Of a stretch of DNA of 44,248 nucleotides, positions 40,695 through 44,248 are shown one piece after another. The stretch's first letter is position 1, and every line of letters starts with the position of its first letter. Source of the DNA: a virus; IMG/VR virus record IMGVR_UViG_3300045988_057449, positions 1 to 44,248 of that record, one strand, 5' to 3'. The notes beneath the pieces are model-generated. The model saw only the letters and a program-made list of their open reading frames with translations, was not told where the DNA came from and did not search any database. The position numbers and the translations under genes were made by a program.

Positions 40695-42191
40695 TTACTC
40701 ACTTTTCAATCTCAAATTCCTGTAAAACGGGTAGCCATCTCTCTTAACGCAACCATCAGACCATTCGGGGTGCATATTAAGACCAGCATAAAACTTCTTT
40801 GCGCTCAAAACAAAGTACCCGTTACTCCGGCACCATATTTTATAGTTATCGTAAAGAGCCTTTGCCTTTGTGCCGCCGTCCTCTGCCTTTGTGCATTTTT
40901 CTTCAAGGAATTGTAATACAATGTCGTTGTCTTTCTCGTACTGCTTAATTACTCTTTTCATATTTTCACACATTTTCAGTCCGAAACGCTTATAGCGAAA
41001 GTAGCCAATGAGCAACCAAGTAAAAATGCCTACCATTGCTTCGGGCGTACGGAAAGTTTCTTTTAGACTTTCGTCTCGTTCTTCCTCCGAAAAATGCCGA
41101 TTGAACTCAATCACCCTGACACGATCAGAAGCAAACAGGGACTTATCCTGTACAGACGGGAGGTCATTACAGGAAAGCCATAAAGTAAACTGGGGAAGAA
41201 AAGTCATAGGAGCTTCGTGAAGATTACGAGCTTTAACTTCTTCGCCGCCTGTCAACTGCTTTATAGTTTCCTCGTCCAACTTTCCATATTGATTGCTCTC
41301 TGCCATTGTAACAAAGCGTTTACCTTTGAGGGAAGCCAACATAGGACTCGCTGCTTCTGCATTTTTGGCACGATCTCCTTTGCAGATAATTGATACTGGA
41401 CTAACAGTAGCATAATCGCCGAGCAAATGATGAATTGTGCCGAGCAAGGTTGATTTTCCGTTACGGGTAGTTTTGCCGTGCAGAATAAACATACACTCTT
41501 CTTTGGAAGTACCGAGCATAGAATAACCCAACGCTCTTTGTAGGTAGTCTGCTTTGTCTTTGTCGTTGTTCGTTACCTCGTCAATAAAATGCTCCCAACG
41601 CTTATAACGAACATCCTCTTGCATTGTGTACTCAAAGTTTGTTTGCATAGTAAGGAAGTCCCGCCAATCGTGTTCACGGAAGCACATATTTTCAAGGTCA
41701 TAAGTACCGTTAAGACAGTTGATAAGATTAGGGTTTGCATCAAATTCCGCTGCTTTTATGGGGTATACGCTTGCGGCATCTTTCATAAGACGGTCACGGA
41801 AACGCCGATCACCCATTTTATTGATAAACTTAAAATAGGATTTGCGCTTTTCTTCGTCTGTGATTTCTCCGCAATATAAGACCATGAGCCGGGCGAACTC
41901 TTTGATTTTCTCCGCAACGAGCAGAGAGCCAACATCTTTCTTCCATACGCCGCTGTCATAGGTATACCAACTTTTTGCTTCGGGGCAATACCGGGTATCG
42001 TTCTTATAACATTCCGAAAAGAGCTCTGCCATACCGCTTTCGTCCCAAGAGTAGCCCGTATTGTCTGATTGGCAGGACTCCGGCTGAACACGCTTTATGT
42101 AGAACATTTTGTCGGAAAGCTCTTCGGACATAATATACCGTCCGTTGCTTAGTTGGAATAACTCTTTGTCATCTCCGATTACTTCGCTCAT
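40695..42191 (-). CDS. D5/P4-family primase-helicase (SF3 NTPase)
   Basis: D5_N-like N-terminus (NCLNGTYDL...). Walker A HGKTTRNGKST. P4-type C-terminal domain. Confidence 0.8.
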   Translation of the reverse strand: MSEVIGDDKELFQLSNGRYIMSEELSDKMFYIKRVQPESCQSDNTGYSWDESGMAELFSECYKNDTRYCPEAKSWYTYDSGVWKKDVGSLLVAEKIKEFARLMVLYCGEITDEEKRKSYFKFINKMGDRRFRDRLMKDAASVYPIKAAEFDANPNLINCLNGTYDLENMCFREHDWRDFLTMQTNFEYTMQEDVRYKRWEHFIDEVTNNDKDKADYLQRALGYSMLGTSKEECMFILHGKTTRNGKSTLLGTIHHLLGDYATVSPVSIICKGDRAKNAEAASPMLASLKGKRFVTMAESNQYGKLDEETIKQLTGGEEVKARNLHEAPMTFLPQFTLWLSCNDLPSVQDKSLFASDRVRVIEFNRHFSEEERDESLKETFRTPEAMVGIFTWLLIGYFRYKRFGLKMCENMKRVIKQYEKDNDIVLQFLEEKCTKAEDGGTKAKALYDNYKIWCRSNGYFVLSAKKFYAGLNMHPEWSDGCVKRDGYPFYRNLRLKSE

Positions 42192-42826
42192 TTGTTATCA
42201 CCTCTAATCTCTTTAATATAAGGCAGCCCCCTCAAAATCTCACAAAACTCCCGCCACTCGTCAAGTTTGTGGTTTTCCCTGTAATCAAGCATATTCATAA
42301 CATTTTCGTAGGTCATGCTAACCGTGCGCCGCTGATTATAACTTGACGGCAGGAGCTGAATCAACTGCCACCAATAATCTTTGTTTTTGGATTGCAAGTA
42401 ATCTTCTCTCCAAGAGTTTAAGTCGGTAACAATATCAGCCAACAAACCGTGAGGGTCAAGTAGGTGTTCGTGGCTGAAATCGTCAAGCGTAAACTCTTTT
42501 GCGGTGATTTTGTGCATAGTGGAGCAGGAGTTAGCGGTCGTGCCGACCTTGTGTGTATCAAACTCTTTCCACCAATAGAGAGGAGCGGTAATGTCCATAA
42601 CTGCGAAAATCTGTCTGAGGTATTTTCTGTGCGGCTGACCGCCTACATAAAGACGGTGCATGAGATCGAGGTCGTTTTCGCCGATTTTCACATCAGGAAC
42701 AAACTCCCCCGAATATGCTTCGTACCCAAAGGAGCTATCTGACCGCTCCCAACTGTTTAACGGGTTTCTCATGCCACGGATAGCGTGTTCAAAGCCCCAA
42801 GTGTCAACATATTCAACCTTAATCAT
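42188..42826 (-). CDS. ThyX-like (FAD-dependent thymidylate synthase fold) protein with substituted catalytic motif
   Basis: PHRKYLRQIFAVMDITAPLYWWKEFDTHKVGTTANSCSTMHKI parallels the ThyX H...E......SR......RHR....(S)QRY block, but reads THK and STMH. I trimmed the start to ATG 42826 (GGAG upstream, ATGATTAA overlap). Confidence 0.35.
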   Translation of the reverse strand: MIKVEYVDTWGFEHAIRGMRNPLNSWERSDSSFGYEAYSGEFVPDVKIGENDLDLMHRLYVGGQPHRKYLRQIFAVMDITAPLYWWKEFDTHKVGTTANSCSTMHKITAKEFTLDDFSHEHLLDPHGLLADIVTDLNSWREDYLQSKNKDYWWQLIQLLPSSYNQRRTVSMTYENVMNMLDYRENHKLDEWREFCEILRGLPYIKEIRGDNK

Positions 42827-43112
42827 TGGCTTCTTTCTCCTTTTCGTTGTATTTGAGTTGGAAGTAACGCATCCAACAATCGGCGGCGGTTGCTTTGCCA
42901 CAAAACTTTTCACACCATTCGTCTTTTTCTTCGGTGTCGTGAAGTTCTTCCTCAAATGGAGACATATTGCACGGCTCCTCGAAACACTCTGCCAACTGTT
43001 CACAGATAAACTCAGGTGTGACGAGGTTTTCGTTGGACTTTGAGCAAATCGAGCATACCATAGTTCCTTCAGGAATGATCTCTCCGCAGCACACACATCT
43101 GTTTTCAGCCAT
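42819..43112 (-). CDS. Small zinc-ribbon, acidic protein
   Basis: MAENRCVCCGEIIPEGTMVCSIC.... GAGGAAGGTG precedes ATG 43112. Confidence 0.4.
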   Translation of the reverse strand: MAENRCVCCGEIIPEGTMVCSICSKSNENLVTPEFICEQLAECFEEPCNMSPFEEELHDTEEKDEWCEKFCGKATAADCWMRYFQLKYNEKEKEAND

Positions 43113-43113
43113 T

Positions 43114-43290
43114 TCAAGCACCTTCCTCTTTCAAAATTTCCTTTACGCAGTCGAAACAGTAACAACCCTCACGCCCCTCAATTTCGTAGAGGAAACACAT
43201 CCAATTCAAACCCCAACCTTTGGTTTGCTTGCATCGTCTACACTCGCCGTGTCCTTCACCCTTATAACGGGTTACTTTTATTTGATTCAT
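43114..43290 (-). CDS. Small zinc-ribbon-like protein (58 aa)
   Basis: Translated by hand as MNQIKVTRYKGEGHGECRRCKQTKGWGLNWMCFLYEIEGREGCYCFDCVKEILKEEGA. ATGA overlap with the HNH gene stop. Confidence 0.4.
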   Translation of the reverse strand: MNQIKVTRYKGEGHGECRRCKQTKGWGLNWMCFLYEIEGREGCYCFDCVKEILKEEGA

Positions 43291-43826
43291 ATACTGTCAC
43301 TCCTATTGCCATAGAATTGGTTTTCGTTGTGTCGGAGATCAGGAAAGTATTCGAGCAGTTTTGCAGTAAGAATAGCCGTTTTTGTTAGTTCAGGGTTTGT
43401 GAACAACCACTTTCTCCAACACAAAGAGGAATATATCGCTTTTGATACAAACTCGATATTGTCCTCCGAAAAGTCCGCTAAGTCACCGTTGAGGTGAACA
43501 ATCATCTCGTCTTTACTTCGACAATATTTCTTTCGGAAATAGGCGTTTGCCGCAACATAGCCGTTTTCCGTCTTGACCCTCGCACCGTTATTCTTCCCCC
43601 TGATTACCGTTCCGATGGGGTTTCTATGGTGTATCTTTTCTTTGCGGATGTTGTGCGTACCCTTCTTCAAGCCCAACTTAGACAACCGTTTCAGTAAGTT
43701 ACCGTAGGTCGTAGTGTGGTGGGGAAATTCGGCGTTGAATATGTCCGTAAGATCGTATATGGTATGGCACTTGTCAAGGTTTTCTCGGAGAAAGTTGTCT
43801 TCGGCGGGGGTGAAATATATTCTCAT
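43287..43826 (-). CDS. HNH-like (HNH_3-type) endonuclease, degenerate
   Basis: EMIVHLNGDLADFSEDNIEFVSKA resembles the H-N-H core of homing-type HNH_3 proteins. Basic central region. Confidence 0.4.
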   Translation of the reverse strand: MRIYFTPAEDNFLRENLDKCHTIYDLTDIFNAEFPHHTTTYGNLLKRLSKLGLKKGTHNIRKEKIHHRNPIGTVIRGKNNGARVKTENGYVAANAYFRKKYCRSKDEMIVHLNGDLADFSEDNIEFVSKAIYSSLCWRKWLFTNPELTKTAILTAKLLEYFPDLRHNENQFYGNRSDSI

Positions 43827-44020
43827 TCCTTGCCGACCGCCTTGTCGATACGCTTGCCCCTGTTGTTGACAAACTTATCTGTTCTGAGGATAACATCGGC
43901 ATTGTTAATCATCTGTTTGGCGAGACTTGCGATAGCCTTAGCCTTGTCGATGTTTCCTGTACCGTCCTCAATAGAAACGATTGCCTTACCCAAGACATCT
44001 TGTAATTCCAATAAAGTCAT
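43823..44020 (-). CDS. Hypothetical protein (65 aa)
   Basis: GGAGG ribosome-binding site. ATGA overlap with the downstream gene. Confidence 0.4.
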   Translation of the reverse strand: MTLLELQDVLGKAIVSIEDGTGNIDKAKAIASLAKQMINNADVILRTDKFVNNRGKRIDKAVGKE

Positions 44021-44025
44021 CGTTG

Positions 44026-44248
44026 TTACCTCCTATATTTCGTAACTGAGTTTACTATTGTTTGTATTTCCCCGACCGCCAGCGGGGGTTTACAAGCCGC
44101 TTGATTGGCTTTGAGGAGTTCTTTATAAATCTCCTGCTTTTTGTAACCTTGATTGTGTAACTGCCCTGCGAGAGAGGTTAGGCTAAGGTTTCTCATACCT
44201 TGCGGTATGGGCGGGTATGTGGGTTGAATAGAAATTTTACCTTTCTCC
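44026..44248 (-). CDS. Primase-polymerase, 3' part (PriCT-1-like C-terminal domain); same gene as 1-618
   Basis: Reading through the junction gives ...PIPQGMRNLSLTSLAGQLHNQGYKKQEIYKELLKANQAACKPPLAVGEIQTIVNSVTKYRR, ending at the stop at 44026-44028. Confidence 0.7.
   Translation of the reverse strand, partial: EKGKISIQPTYPPIPQGMRNLSLTSLAGQLHNQGYKKQEIYKELLKANQAACKPPLAVGEIQTIVNSVTKYRR
44194..44248. repeat. Second copy of the 55-bp terminal overlap
   Basis: Identical to bases 1-55. Confidence 0.95.

Larger units (their letters stand above)
1..44248. mobile_element. Complete temperate siphovirus-type phage genome, circularly permuted in this window (unique length 44193 bp)
   Basis: Full set of replication, packaging, head, tail, lysis and lysogeny genes. 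The 55-bp end overlap closes the circle. There is a tape measure and major tail protein but no sheath gene. Confidence 0.9.

Overview
This window is a complete, circularly closed temperate tailed-phage genome. Bases 1-55 repeat at 44194-44248, so the unique length is 44193 bp. The long tape measure and the absence of a sheath gene indicate a siphovirus-type tail. GGAGG ribosome-binding sites and the gene content suggest a Firmicutes/Clostridia-like host.

Nearly all genes run on the minus strand as one continuous circuit:
- Early and replication genes: Cro-like regulator, SLT transglycosylase, Holliday-junction resolvase, SF2 helicase, C5 and N6 DNA methyltransferases, family-B-like DNA polymerase, ERF/YqaJ recombination pair, SSB-like protein, HD hydrolase, prim-pol (wraps the junction) and a D5/P4-type helicase.
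- Packaging and head genes: terS, terL, SPP1-like portal, gp7-like minor capsid protein, scaffold and major capsid protein.
- Neck and tail genes: tail chaperones with a G GGA AAC -1 frameshift, a 1098-aa tape measure and tail fibres.
- Lysis genes: amidase and holin.

Only two modules lie on the plus strand: the lysogeny module (XRE repressor plus large serine integrase) and a GC-richer cassette.

The strongest signal is a full diversity-generating retroelement (target, avd, TR, RT) with two variable repeats. One is in a tail-fibre-module gene. The other is 7.4 kb away in an early-operon gene. All 12 and all 17 TR/VR mismatches fall at template adenines.

The second notable region is a roughly 4.1 kb insertion that splits terS from terL. 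It carries a small serine recombinase, an intact and a motif-dead FtsK-like P-loop paralogue in opposite orientation, a promoter-to-terminator moron, and phased 10-bp GCACA-core repeat arrays.

All functional calls rest on motifs read by eye. No database or HMM search was run.
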